Part shown: positions 1 to 8,288 of the stretch, piece after piece
Numbering within the stretch: position 1 is the stretch's first letter
How the letters are laid out: every line of letters begins with the position of its first letter
From: Dehalococcoidia bacterium
Lineage (GTDB): Bacteria > Chloroflexota > Dehalococcoidia > UBA2979
Direction: 5' to 3'
Length of the DNA stretch: 55,341 nt
Assembly: GCA_041674885.1 (NCBI GenBank)
Contig: JBAYUZ010000002.1
Coordinates: forward strand, 1-55,341
The notes under the pieces: model-generated
The model's input: only the letters and a program-made list of their open reading frames with translations
The model's database searches: none
What the model was told of the DNA's origin: nothing
Translations under genes and position numbers: made by a program

Positions 1-123
1 CGCACAGCAGAACAGAAGACGGCGCACCTCATGCGGCTGTTGGCGGAAGCGTCGACGCGGAGGCTCTCGTGAGCTGCGCCACCGTCGCGTTCGATGCGCT
101 GCTCGACGACATCGCCGCCGGTC
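1..123. repeat. Terminal direct repeat, copy 1 (identical to 55219-55341); circular or terminally redundant genome
   Basis: Read directly: cgcacagcagaacagaagacgg...gacatcgccgccggtc is present at both window ends. Confidence 0.95.
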
Positions 124-335
124 CCATGCCGCCCATCCCAGAGCGCATGCGCGGCCTCGTGGAACGCGCCGCTGCGGCCAAGCCGATCGCCGACGTCGAC
201 GCATGGGCCGACCGGCTCGCGAGCGATCTCACCGACGCACTGCTTGCTGACGGCGAGACGGTGCGCGCCAACCTGCGCCGCGAAGTCGCGCCACTCGCCC
301 CGGCCGATGCGGACATGCGCCGGAGGCTCACATGA
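69..335 (+). CDS. hypothetical protein (88 aa)
   Basis: ORF track; GTG start overlaps (GTGA) the stop of the 36-aa ORF that ends at 55290 in the repeat copy; non-repetitive acidic/helical sequence. Confidence 0.6.
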   Translation: MSCATVAFDALLDDIAAGPMPPIPERMRGLVERAAAAKPIADVDAWADRLASDLTDALLADGETVRANLRREVAPLAPADADMRRRLT

Positions 336-466
336 GTTGCGCCATTGTAAGCGCCCTCAGCTTCGCGGCCCTCTGCGTGGCGCTGCTCGTCGCCGACGGT
401 CGCCGCGCGGACCGGCTTGAGCGTGAGCGGCTGGCACGGCAGCGGGCGAAGGCGGATCGGGCGTGA
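332..466 (+). CDS. small membrane protein (44 aa)
   Basis: Hand translation MSCAIVSALSFAALCVALLVADGRR...; ATGA overlap upstream and GTGA overlap downstream; one hydrophobic helix. Confidence 0.45.
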   Translation: MSCAIVSALSFAALCVALLVADGRRADRLERERLARQRAKADRA

Positions 467-1134
467 ACGCGCTCGGCCTCTGCATCGGCGACGGCAACGG
501 CGCGCCCGAGTTCCGTCGACAGTCCGCCGCGTGGCAGCAGTGGATGTTCGCGCGCGGGTACGGCGCCGATCTCTTCGTCCTCGATGTCGCCACACGCCCG
601 CTCGCGTATCGCTTCGGCCGTGTCGTGCACTGCATCGCGGACAACAGCGAGCCGTTTCGTCAGGTCGCGGTGTTCTGCCATGGGTGGTCAACCGGCCTGC
701 AACTGGTGCCGCGTCAGAGCGTCGCCGAGTTCGCTGCGGCCATCCGCCGTCACGAGCTCGCGCCGGGCTGCATCGTCACGCTCTACGCGTGCTCGGCCGG
801 CAGCGACACGCTCGCGAGCACATCCGAGATGAGCGGCGCCGGACCCGGTGGTGACGGCGGCTTCGCGGACCGGCTACGCGACGCGCTGTGTGCCGCGGGT
901 GACGTTCACTGCCGCGTAGACGCCCACTCCACGCCGGGCCATTTGGCTCGCAATCCGTACGTGCGCCGCTTCGAGGGCGGCGGCTCGGCATCGGGCGGCA
1001 TCGGCGGGCAGTGGCTCGTGACGCCGAAGTCCGCGCACTGGGCAGCGTGGCGCAAGGCGCTCGCGGGTGACCTGCGCTGGGAGTTCCCGCACCTCACGGC
1101 AGCGGAGATTCACGCGCGGCTCGCCACGCTCTGA
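463..1134 (+). CDS. hypothetical protein, possible alpha/beta-hydrolase-like esterase
   Basis: ORF track 223 aa; VAVFCHGWSTG and LYACSAGSD (AxSxG nucleophile-elbow-like) motifs; last gene of the rightward block. Confidence 0.6.
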   Translation: MNALGLCIGDGNGAPEFRRQSAAWQQWMFARGYGADLFVLDVATRPLAYRFGRVVHCIADNSEPFRQVAVFCHGWSTGLQLVPRQSVAEFAAAIRRHELAPGCIVTLYACSAGSDTLASTSEMSGAGPGGDGGFADRLRDALCAAGDVHCRVDAHSTPGHLARNPYVRRFEGGGSASGGIGGQWLVTPKSAHWAAWRKALAGDLRWEFPHLTAAEIHARLATL

Positions 1135-1165
1135 CCCGCATGCGCGAGGCGATCGCGGCGGGCGG

Positions 1166-1396
1166 CTAGGCCTGGTCGCACGCGCATGGCGCGTAGCCGC
1201 ACGCCCTGCACTCGCCGCGTTCGCGCGCCGCAGCCATTGCCCGGTCGGCTGACTCACGCGCCATCGCCTGCCGCAAAGCGCGCGCGACCCATCCCGAGTA
1301 GTCCATGCCGGCAGCCTTCGCTGCCTCGCGCGCGTAGTCGCGCAGCACCGGCTCGACCCACGCCGACAACATCACCCGGCCGTCTTTGTAGCTCAT
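1166..1396 (-). CDS. ribbon-helix-helix (CopG/Arc-like) protein (76 aa)
   Basis: Internal ATG of ORF 1166..1633 preceded by AAGGAG; RVMLSAWVEPVLRDYAREAAKAAGMDYSGWVARALRQAM fits a strand-helix-helix pattern. Confidence 0.6.
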   Translation of the reverse strand: MSYKDGRVMLSAWVEPVLRDYAREAAKAAGMDYSGWVARALRQAMARESADRAMAAARERGECRACGYAPCACDQA

Positions 1397-1419
1397 CGCC
1401 TCGCTCCTTCGGGCCTCGC

Positions 1420-1614
1420 TCACCTCCCACCCCGCGTCATCCCCGCCACCGCCAGCAGCGTCTCGCGCGCCCAGGTCGTGAGGTCGCGCCCGCCCGCAGC
1501 GGCCACCAGGGCGGCGCGCTCCGTCGCAGACAGGCGCAGCGGTAGCCGGAGCGTGCGCGCCTCGCTGGGCGGCATCTTGGGGCGGCCGGGGCCGCGCTTG
1601 GCGGGGGCGGTCAC
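1420..1614 (-). CDS. small RHH-like DNA-binding protein (64 aa), paralog of 32139..32321
   Basis: ORF track; MTAPAKRGPGRPK...LRLSATERAALVAAA; start overlaps the upstream stop; first ~26 nt identical to the paralog. Confidence 0.6.
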   Translation of the reverse strand: MTAPAKRGPGRPKMPPSEARTLRLPLRLSATERAALVAAAGGRDLTTWARETLLAVAGMTRGGR

Positions 1615-2021
1615 GAGGCGGCCTTCCCGGCAATCGCCCGCAGCGCGATCACGCGGGTATGGACGCGCCGCGCACCGTCGTTGGTGTAGGCGTGAGCGTA
1701 GGTCTTCTCCGCAACCTTCACGGCCGCGGGGACTTCGGCGCTCGTGTAGAGCGGGAGGTCATCAGCGATCAGCCGCACGGCACGCGCGCGCACCTTGGCC
1801 GCGTATGCGCTACGGCCCATCCCGAGGCCGCGAAGGTAGGTGCCGAGTCGGCGGCACGTGATCGACCCGTCGCTCCAGATCGAGAGCTTGACGCCGTCGG
1901 CCGTCTCGCGCGTCATGATGACGTGCGGCTCGCTGCACCCGCACGAGCAGAGCCGCGGGTCACGCTCGGCCGCGAGCGGGGTGCCGATGGTGGTGGTCTT
2001 GATTTCGTGCGTGGTGGTCAT
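1611..2021 (-). CDS. hypothetical protein (136 aa)
   Basis: Internal ATG (MTTTHEIK...) of ORF 1611..2054 preceded by GAGGAG; protein-like composition. Confidence 0.65.
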   Translation of the reverse strand: MTTTHEIKTTTIGTPLAAERDPRLCSCGCSEPHVIMTRETADGVKLSIWSDGSITCRRLGTYLRGLGMGRSAYAAKVRARAVRLIADDLPLYTSAEVPAAVKVAEKTYAHAYTNDGARRVHTRVIALRAIAGKAAS

Positions 2022-2103
2022 CGCCTCATCTCCTCTCGCGGCCATCTGGCGCACGTCCCTACCGTCGAGCGAGTCGGCGGCAGGGCGTGGGTCAGAGGAC
2101 GGG

Positions 2104-2520
2104 TCAGCCGCCGGTGCGCAGCACGCGCTTGTCGGCGGAGGTCATGATCTTCGCGGCGGCGGCCACGAGCGCGCCGTCGATTGCGTCCAGGTCGGCCACC
2201 GCGATCGCGTTGACGAGCAGCGCGTGGCTCGTGCGTGCGTGCAGTTCGCGCGACGCGGCCCGCTCAGCCTCGCCCCACTTCGCGACGTCGAGGGCAACGC
2301 GCACCTCCAGCGCCGCCTCGCGCGAGGCCATCACGTCGACGTCGACATAGACCAGCGACGCGTCCTCGCGGGCAATGGCGCGAGCGTCGTCGACGCTGAC
2401 GCCAGTGCGCGCCTCGGCGGTCGGGTCCGTGTGCGTGGAGAGCGTCAGTCCGAGGCGCTCCGCCGCTTCGATCGCCGTCTTGCCCGTGAGTCGCTTGGTC
2501 GTGGTGGTCATGGTCGTCAT
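2104..2520 (-). CDS. hypothetical protein (138 aa)
   Basis: Internal ATG (MTTMTTTTKRL...) of ORF 2104..2592; sits downstream of a low-GC intergenic island. Confidence 0.65.
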   Translation of the reverse strand: MTTMTTTTKRLTGKTAIEAAERLGLTLSTHTDPTAEARTGVSVDDARAIAREDASLVYVDVDVMASREAALEVRVALDVAKWGEAERAASRELHARTSHALLVNAIAVADLDAIDGALVAAAAKIMTSADKRVLRTGG

Positions 2521-2645
2521 CCTCTGTTGCGTCCCGGCGTCACTCGCCGTCGACTCAGATAATGTGCACCCGCTTATCGCGAGGTGCAACAACTATTTTC
2601 GGGGCCGATGTCGATTTGTTGGGCACACGCAAAACCCCTTGCGAA
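2521..2645 (-). promoter_or_regulatory. low-GC intergenic island inside the leftward operon (possible internal promoter/operator)
   Basis: Visibly AT-richer stretch (cagataatgtgcac, aactattttcgg, cgatttgttgg) with a CTTGCGA at 2637-2643; no credible ORF. Confidence 0.35.
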
Positions 2646-2951
2646 TCATGCGGGCAGGGCGGGCGCGACTCCGCCGCACGCGATGCAGCAAACGGCGCCA
2701 GCATGCGGCCCGGCGTCGGCCGTCGCTCGGCCGTAGGTCCGGTGGTCGCAGTAGTCGGCGCTCAGCACCCCGCCGAGCGTCGTCGTCACCCGCGGAGTCA
2801 CGCACGGGGCCAGTGCGCGAGCCGTCCGCGTGATCGTCTTGCCGCCGCTCGAGAGATCGACCGTCTCCACGGAGCCCACGAAATAGCGCCGCTCGCACAG
2901 GATCGGCGTGCCGTAGTAGTCGTAGACGCGGCCCTCTTGCCACGTGCTCAT
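2646..2951 (-). CDS. hypothetical protein (101 aa)
   Basis: Internal ATG (MSTWQEGRVYDYYG...) of ORF 2646..3101; ATGA overlap with the upstream gene. Confidence 0.6.
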   Translation of the reverse strand: MSTWQEGRVYDYYGTPILCERRYFVGSVETVDLSSGGKTITRTARALAPCVTPRVTTTLGGVLSADYCDHRTYGRATADAGPHAGAVCCIACGGVAPALPA

Positions 2952-3094
2952 CGCAGCGCCGCCAGCGCAGCGTCGAGCGCCTCGCGCTCGCCCGTGGTGC
3001 CGGCGGCGGTCACCATTTCGGCGAACACTGGAGTGCACCCTTGCGTGCTGCGCAGCCACCGCGCCGCGACGGTCACCAGTTCCGCGTGCGTCAC
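2948..3094 (-). CDS. hypothetical small protein (48 aa)
   Basis: GTG start with GAGGTGG 4 nt upstream; GTGA overlap with the stop of 3091..3495; fills the gap exactly. Confidence 0.4.
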   Translation of the reverse strand: MTHAELVTVAARWLRSTQGCTPVFAEMVTAAGTTGEREALDAALAALR

Positions 3095-3495
3095 GCCCCA
3101 CCTCGCCGCTTCAATTCCGCCGGCCGGATCGCGGTGCCCGTGAGCGGCGCGCGTGACCAGAGCGCGTCGATGCGGCGATGGTCGCACTCACGCGTGTCGG
3201 CGTGCGCGACGCTTCGCGCTGGCTTGCGGCGGTATGTCCACGGCCCGCAGTCGCCCGCATCCGCCCGCAGCAAGGCGCGCAGGGCCAGTGCGAGACGGGC
3301 GCGGAGGAGGCGCGCGCTCGGCACTTTCTGCGCAGCCAACTCGCGCATCGGCCTGGCAATGCTCCACGGCAGCACATCGACCGCCTCGCCTAGCGCGCGG
3401 TTCACAGCGGCCGAGAAGATGCGCGGCTCGCCGATGTCGCGCAGGCACTCGTATCCGTGCTCCAGCGCCTTCCTGTCCCGCCGCGTGAGCGTCAT
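3091..3495 (-). CDS. hypothetical protein (134 aa)
   Basis: Internal ATG (MTLTRRDRKALEHGYE...) of ORF 3091..3540. Confidence 0.6.
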   Translation of the reverse strand: MTLTRRDRKALEHGYECLRDIGEPRIFSAAVNRALGEAVDVLPWSIARPMRELAAQKVPSARLLRARLALALRALLRADAGDCGPWTYRRKPARSVAHADTRECDHRRIDALWSRAPLTGTAIRPAELKRRGGA

Positions 3496-3773
3496 GGCGT
3501 GCCCCGCGCGGTGACGGCATGGCGCAGCACGCGCGCCCACCGCGCGATCCGGCTCGCCACCTCACCATTGGACGGAGCGTTGCGGTCGGCCTCGTTCTCG
3601 ATGGTGACCGCGACCTCGTTCACGGCGCACCGCAGCGCCTCCAGTGCACGCGTCGCGTCGCTGAACTTCGCCCTCGCCGCATCCAGCGCAGCGAACACCT
3701 CCGCGCTCTGGTTCGCATCGAGCCCGTCGAGCTTGCGCAGCTGCGCCTCGCGCTCGGGGGTCCAGGTCGTCAC
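3492..3773 (-). CDS. hypothetical protein (93 aa)
   Basis: GTG start (VTTWTPEREAQLRKL...) in GTGA overlap with the stop of 3770..4279. Confidence 0.6.
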   Translation of the reverse strand: MTTWTPEREAQLRKLDGLDANQSAEVFAALDAARAKFSDATRALEALRCAVNEVAVTIENEADRNAPSNGEVASRIARWARVLRHAVTARGTP

Positions 3774-4279
3774 AGCGCACCTCGCAGCGCGCGGATCTTC
3801 CGTTCGATGCGCCGCGCGAGATCCGCCTTCGCGCTCGACCACCCGTGTCCCACATGGTCGCTCGCGTCGAGTTGCTTACGCGCGTCGACGTCCCAGTACG
3901 CAGCTTCGTCGGCAGCGATCTTCTCCGCCGCATCCAGCGCCGCGCGGAGGGCGTCGATCTCGGCAAGCAACTGCCGCTCGTTCACGACCTCGGCGGGGTG
4001 AACAACGTGCGCGCTGTACGCCTCCAGCCACGCTGCGTGCCTGCGACGGATCCCGGCCTCGTCGTCAGCGGTCATCTCCTTCGTCAGCGGCTCACGCATC
4101 GTCGCCCTCCGCACGTCCCAGTACGCAGCTTCGTCGGCAGCGATCTTCTCCGCCGCATCCAGCGCCGCGCGGAGGGCGTCGATCTCGGCGAGTAGCCGTC
4201 GGTGCTGGTAGTAGCGGTCCGCCGCACGAAACCGCGCCTCTTCCTCGACCGTCATCGTCACCGGCGCCCTACTTCCCAT
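3770..4279 (-). CDS. hypothetical helical protein (169 aa) with internal duplicated segment
   Basis: ATG at 4279 preceded by GGAGGAGGG; LLAEIDALRAALDAAEKIAADEAAYWDV occurs twice (77-nt perfect DNA repeat). Confidence 0.65.
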   Translation of the reverse strand: MGSRAPVTMTVEEEARFRAADRYYQHRRLLAEIDALRAALDAAEKIAADEAAYWDVRRATMREPLTKEMTADDEAGIRRRHAAWLEAYSAHVVHPAEVVNERQLLAEIDALRAALDAAEKIAADEAAYWDVDARKQLDASDHVGHGWSSAKADLARRIERKIRALRGAL

Positions 4280-5513
4280 CGTCGCCCTCCTCCGCGCTCG
4301 CGCGCTCGTCGTCCTCGTCCGGCTCGTAGTCGTCGTGCTCCGACCGCTCCGCGCCTTCGGCGATGGCCGCGTCGATGCAGTCCGGCGCACATCGCTCTCC
4401 GCCGACTGCGTGGCAGCCGGGGCAGACGTACGGCGCGGACTCTTGCGCGCTCTCGTCGTCGCCCTTGCATGCGTCGCAGAGCTCCGGCGCGCCTACGCCG
4501 ATGAACAGCGTCGGATACCAGCATCGCGCACACGGGGCACGCCCAGTTGCGTACGACCACGCCGCGATCCGGTCGCCTTCCTGCGCGTCGCGGGTGGCGA
4601 GCATCTCCCGCGCCTCTTGCGTCCGCGCCGCATGCGCGGTCAGTTCCGCGCGCAGGCCGCGAATCGCCAGCAGCGCGCCGGCCGGCGACGATTCGTACGG
4701 CGCCTGCGTGAGTCGCAGCGCATCGTAGATGCACGTGAGCGCGGCGTCGCGGCTGACGGTTCCCGCCCGCAGCCGCCCATTCTCGGCGAGGGCGGCGTCG
4801 CGTTCCTTCGCGCACTCGTCGCGGTCGGTGACGATGTGCCGCACCGCAGCGAGCGGCTCGACGCCGATGCGTGCGCCCGTCAGCGCAATGATGCGCGCGG
4901 TCCACTGGTCGACGACGCGGCGGGCGTCGTCGCGCTCGGACTCGGCGATGGCCGTCCGCGCAATCCCATCGTCGCGCTCCGCAGCCACTCGCGCGAGGTC
5001 GGCGGAGCGCGCTTGCATCAGGTCCGACAGTCGCGCGGCGTCGACGAGTGCACGGTCGCGCTCCGCCTCCGCCTCGCGGCAGATCGCCAGCGCCTGATCG
5101 CGGCTGTTGAGGTAGTCGCCTGCGACGCGCTGCCAGTCGTCCCGCTCCGCCGTGAGTCGCGCGAAGCCGGCGAGCACAGCTCCGTCCGGCTGCACCCACG
5201 CGGCGGCGCACTCCGCCTTGAGCCGCTCCACCTCCACCCGCAGCCGCTCGCACTCCGCGAGGGCCTCGGTCGCCTTGCGGTGCCAGTGCGCGACGGCCGC
5301 ACTCTCCTCGACAGGCGGCGGCGCGTCGGGCAGCGAGACGAGGCGCATCGTCGTGGCATCAGGGCAGGGCCATGGCGATCCGTCCGGCGGCCTGCGCATA
5401 TTGATGTCGCCGCTCCCGTTCCGCTCTCCGACGAGCAGATCGCAGCCGAAGTCATCGCGCACCACCGCGCCCGCCGGCAGGTCCCCGATGCGCACGACGT
5501 CTCCGGCCTTCAC
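4269..5513 (-). CDS. coiled-coil protein with Cys-rich acidic C-terminus (414 aa)
   Basis: GTG start (VKAGDVVRIGDL...) in the conserved AAGTGA junction; long helical E/R/A region; C-terminal CARCW...CDAC...CPGC...CAPDC. Confidence 0.7.
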   Translation of the reverse strand: MKAGDVVRIGDLPAGAVVRDDFGCDLLVGERNGSGDINMRRPPDGSPWPCPDATTMRLVSLPDAPPPVEESAAVAHWHRKATEALAECERLRVEVERLKAECAAAWVQPDGAVLAGFARLTAERDDWQRVAGDYLNSRDQALAICREAEAERDRALVDAARLSDLMQARSADLARVAAERDDGIARTAIAESERDDARRVVDQWTARIIALTGARIGVEPLAAVRHIVTDRDECAKERDAALAENGRLRAGTVSRDAALTCIYDALRLTQAPYESSPAGALLAIRGLRAELTAHAARTQEAREMLATRDAQEGDRIAAWSYATGRAPCARCWYPTLFIGVGAPELCDACKGDDESAQESAPYVCPGCHAVGGERCAPDCIDAAIAEGAERSEHDDYEPDEDDERASAEEGDDGK

Positions 5514-6220
5514 TTCGCACCGCCGATCTGCGCGGGGCCGAAGGCGACGACCCACACCCACGGGTTGCGCTCCCACGCGCCGCGGCCGTTGATGACGTCC
5601 CAGAGTTCCGAGTACGCGTCGCGATGCGTCAGCCCTTGCGCCGTGCCTCCGCACTCACTGCACCAGTCCGGATCGACGCCGCCGACGCGCACCGGATCGA
5701 TGCCAGTCCCGCGGCAGCGTGCGCACGGGGTCACCCCCTCCGCCCGCGCGTCCGCCTCCGAGATTTCCTGCAAGCGCTCGACGCGGATCGCGGTCACCGG
5801 CAGCGTGATGCGGGACGCCCATCGCGGCATATGGATCGACGGGCGCCAGCGGCCACAGTCGACGACGTCGTCACCGTCTGCGCGGTACTGGATCGGCAGC
5901 GTCTCTTCGTCGTGGTCCTTGCCGTTGCACTCCAGGCTGTAGGCCCACGTCTCGCGCACCCACAGCGCGTCACCAGCCGCGCCGTAGGGGCACGGCTTCC
6001 CTGGCGTGGACCGCAGCATGGCCATCATCGCCGGACTCGGCTCCGCCTTAGCATCGGTGAAGCACGGCATACCGTCGGAGCCGGTCACCATCATCGCGAG
6101 CGAGTGGTCGCGTTGCCAGTCGGTGAATCCCAGCTTCACAGCGCGCCGCGTCTGGGACTTACGACCCGCGAGAATCGCCCTGATCATCGGGCTCGAGAAC
6201 AAGATCGGTCGCTCTTTCAT
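5510..6220 (-). CDS. ASCH/PUA-like domain protein with DnaJ-type zinc finger (236 aa)
   Basis: MKERPILFSSPMIRAILAGRKSQTRR N-terminus typical of phage ASCH-like proteins; CARCRGTG...CSECGGTA (CxxCxGxG x2); GGAGGG RBS. Confidence 0.65.
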   Translation of the reverse strand: MKERPILFSSPMIRAILAGRKSQTRRAVKLGFTDWQRDHSLAMMVTGSDGMPCFTDAKAEPSPAMMAMLRSTPGKPCPYGAAGDALWVRETWAYSLECNGKDHDEETLPIQYRADGDDVVDCGRWRPSIHMPRWASRITLPVTAIRVERLQEISEADARAEGVTPCARCRGTGIDPVRVGGVDPDWCSECGGTAQGLTHRDAYSELWDVINGRGAWERNPWVWVVAFGPAQIGGAK

Positions 6221-6360
6221 CGCACCCTCCACGTCATCACCAGCCCGTGCACACCGATCGAGACCAACGACCACGCGACGGCACCGCGGCCGAGCAGATT
6301 CGCCGGCAGCCAGAGAGCGCAGCCGAGCAGCAGCAGGGCGAGGGCGCGGAGGCGGATCAT
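6217..6360 (-). CDS. small membrane protein (47 aa)
   Basis: Hand translation MIRLRALALLLLGCALWLPANLLGRGAVAWSLVSIGVHGLVMTWRVR; ATGA overlaps at both ends. Confidence 0.45.
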   Translation of the reverse strand: MIRLRALALLLLGCALWLPANLLGRGAVAWSLVSIGVHGLVMTWRVR

Positions 6361-6572
6361 CGCGGGCCTCCGTTGCCCATCACATCGCCGATCGCGGTGC
6401 TCACAGCATCGACACGGCTGGCCGCGAACGCATCAATCGCCGCAAACAGCGCTGCTCGCATGTCGTTGTTGTGCCGCTCGCTGCCCCACCCCGAGGCGTG
6501 CTCAGACACGGTGCGCTCGAACATACTCACCGCCGTCACGATTCCCTCGTCGTCTTGTGCTCGTCCAGTCAT
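6357..6572 (-). CDS. hypothetical protein (71 aa)
   Basis: Internal ATG (MTGRAQDDEGIV...) of ORF 6357..6593; ATGA overlap with the upstream gene. Confidence 0.55.
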   Translation of the reverse strand: MTGRAQDDEGIVTAVSMFERTVSEHASGWGSERHNNDMRAALFAAIDAFAASRVDAVSTAIGDVMGNGGPR

Positions 6573-6811
6573 GGCCGTTCCCTTCCCCACCAATACGCGA
6601 CGGTCACCCGACAGATCGCGCAGTCGAGCCTGGGCTTGCGGCCGTCACTCTCGCCAGCGACGAACCGCGCAAGCGTCACCGCCGCCGCTTCCCGCGAGCT
6701 GCCCGCGGCGAGACGGGCGGGGACCTGCGCCTCTGCCGGCACGCGACAGTCCGCGCACGTCGACAGGCCGAGCGCGCCGATGATGAGCGCGAGGACCCAT
6801 TCGTTGCGCAT
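6569..6811 (-). CDS. putative secreted/lipoprotein (80 aa)
   Basis: MRNEWVLALIIGALGLSTCADC signal/lipobox-like N-terminus; GAGGGG 7 nt before the ATG; the GTG at 6814 is an alternative start. Confidence 0.55.
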   Translation of the reverse strand: MRNEWVLALIIGALGLSTCADCRVPAEAQVPARLAAGSSREAAAVTLARFVAGESDGRKPRLDCAICRVTVAYWWGRERP

Positions 6812-7200
6812 CACTTCGCCCCTCGCGCAACGATCTCGGCGAGATCCTCGCGGACAATGGCCGGAATCCAGTAGCCGGTTCGCGCCGCCTCGTTGCCGTA
6901 CTTGAGCGAGAACTTGCGCGGTCGCGCTGCGTCCCCGAGTCGCACGTGCAGCTTCCCGATCGCGAGGATCGGCAGGTACTCCATGCCGCCGCTTGGCGTC
7001 GAGACGCGCACGAGGTTCTCGGCCATGCGGCTACGCGTCGCGTGCTTGACGCGGGCGGCGATGGTGTCGGCCTGATACGCCTTCTCGATCGCAGCCTGGA
7101 CCTCGAAGCGATCCAGCGCGGAGGCGTGCTCGATCGCGCCGTTGGCGTTGCATCGCGCGGTGACTTCGACGGTGATCGCGAATCGGATCTCGGCGCCCAT
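6811..7200 (-). CDS. hypothetical protein (129 aa)
   Basis: Internal ATG (MGAEIRFAITVEV...) of ORF 6811..7263 preceded by GGAGGGG; ends ...RGAK in an AAGTGA junction. Confidence 0.65.
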   Translation of the reverse strand: MGAEIRFAITVEVTARCNANGAIEHASALDRFEVQAAIEKAYQADTIAARVKHATRSRMAENLVRVSTPSGGMEYLPILAIGKLHVRLGDAARPRKFSLKYGNEAARTGYWIPAIVREDLAEIVARGAK

Positions 7201-7382
7201 CACGCATCCCCTCCGGCCTGCGTCCACACGCCCCGCTTGCCCCGCGGCGCCACCACCACGCACTCATCCGTCGCGCGCGCAGCGAGCCAGAGGTAGACGA
7301 GCGCGTCGGCGGCGTGCTCGAGTGCGGCTGACGCGTGACGGCGCGCGTGGCCGAGGAAGAAGGCGCGGGCGAGGTGTCTCAC
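7200..7382 (-). CDS. hypothetical small protein (60 aa)
   Basis: GTG start in GTGA overlap with the stop of 7379..7621; TGATG overlap with the next gene; fills the gap exactly. Confidence 0.4.
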   Translation of the reverse strand: MRHLARAFFLGHARRHASAALEHAADALVYLWLAARATDECVVVAPRGKRGVWTQAGGDA

Positions 7383-7621
7383 GACGTCACCAGCCGGTCC
7401 CGCTTGGCCTTTGCCAGCGACGCTTCGTACTGGCTCACGAGCGCCTGCGTGTCCTTCGGCAGCGCGCCTTGCACAACGACCTTGCGCCACCGCCCGCGCG
7501 TGCCGGCTGGCCGGTACATCACGCATTGCGCCTTGACGTCGGCGAACGCGCCACCCTCTGCCGGGATGCTCCAGCCGCTCCACGGCTCGACGCGGATATC
7601 CCACTTTGTTGCGCGGGTCAT
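7379..7621 (-). CDS. hypothetical protein (80 aa)
   Basis: ATG (MTRATKWDIRVEPW...) in ATGA overlap with the stop of 7618..8055. Confidence 0.6.
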   Translation of the reverse strand: MTRATKWDIRVEPWSGWSIPAEGGAFADVKAQCVMYRPAGTRGRWRKVVVQGALPKDTQALVSQYEASLAKAKRDRLVTS

Positions 7622-8055
7622 TGCGCGGCCTCGCTGGCAGGCGCGTCGACAACCGGCAGCGAGCCAACGATCGCCATGCGCACCACGGCGCGGATCGCTG
7701 CGTCGTCGTCGGCGCAGACCAGGGCGGCGCGAGCGAGGAAGATGTTGTGCACGAAGGTCTCGGGCGTGCCCGACTTCGCCGCGTTGGTCGTCGACAACCG
7801 CGCGAGCGCAAGCCACTCGGCGACCGTGCGATCCCGCTCGTCGTCGTCCACGTCGCACGCGATCCATGGCAGTGACGCGGCGATGCCGCTGTCCACGGCA
7901 GTCACCGGGTCGAGCGTCGCCATCGCCTCCGGCTCTTCTTCGCGCAGGTCGTAGCTGCCCTCGCCGAGGCACCACTCCTCCGCCTCTTCCGGGCTCGTCG
8001 CCAGCACGTACGCCGTGACCTCGACGGTCACCCGATAGACGCGCCGCGCAGTCAC
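7618..8055 (-). CDS. hypothetical protein (145 aa)
   Basis: GTG start (VTARRVYRVTVEV...) in the conserved GGCGGTGCGAAGTGA junction. Confidence 0.65.
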   Translation of the reverse strand: MTARRVYRVTVEVTAYVLATSPEEAEEWCLGEGSYDLREEEPEAMATLDPVTAVDSGIAASLPWIACDVDDDERDRTVAEWLALARLSTTNAAKSGTPETFVHNIFLARAALVCADDDAAIRAVVRMAIVGSLPVVDAPASEAAQ

Positions 8056-8288
8056 TTCGCACCGCCGATCGCCACCGGGAACAGCCGCGCGAACTCGGCA
8101 GCCTTCGTTGCCTTGTAGTTCAGCGGGTGGCCGTCGTGCCATTCGCCGCAGTCCGCCTCTTCGATCGACATCACAGCGCCGGGGCTGATGTGATTCGGTA
8201 GGCGTGCGTTTTCGATCAGGCTCGCGAGTTCTTCGGCGCCGCACTCGTCGAAGTCGACGGTGCACAGCACGATGCGAAAGACCTTCAC
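8052..8288 (-). CDS. hypothetical protein (78 aa)
   Basis: GTG start (VKVFRIVLCTVDFDE...) in the conserved junction; ends ...IGGAK. Confidence 0.6.
   Translation of the reverse strand: MKVFRIVLCTVDFDECGAEELASLIENARLPNHISPGAVMSIEEADCGEWHDGHPLNYKATKAAEFARLFPVAIGGAK

Noticed and set aside
4335-5942. 535-aa plus-strand ORF
   Set aside because: It is an antisense shadow of the well-formed minus-strand genes 4269..5513 and 5510..6220. Its composition is Arg/Ala/Pro-rich and it is not coupled to neighbouring genes.
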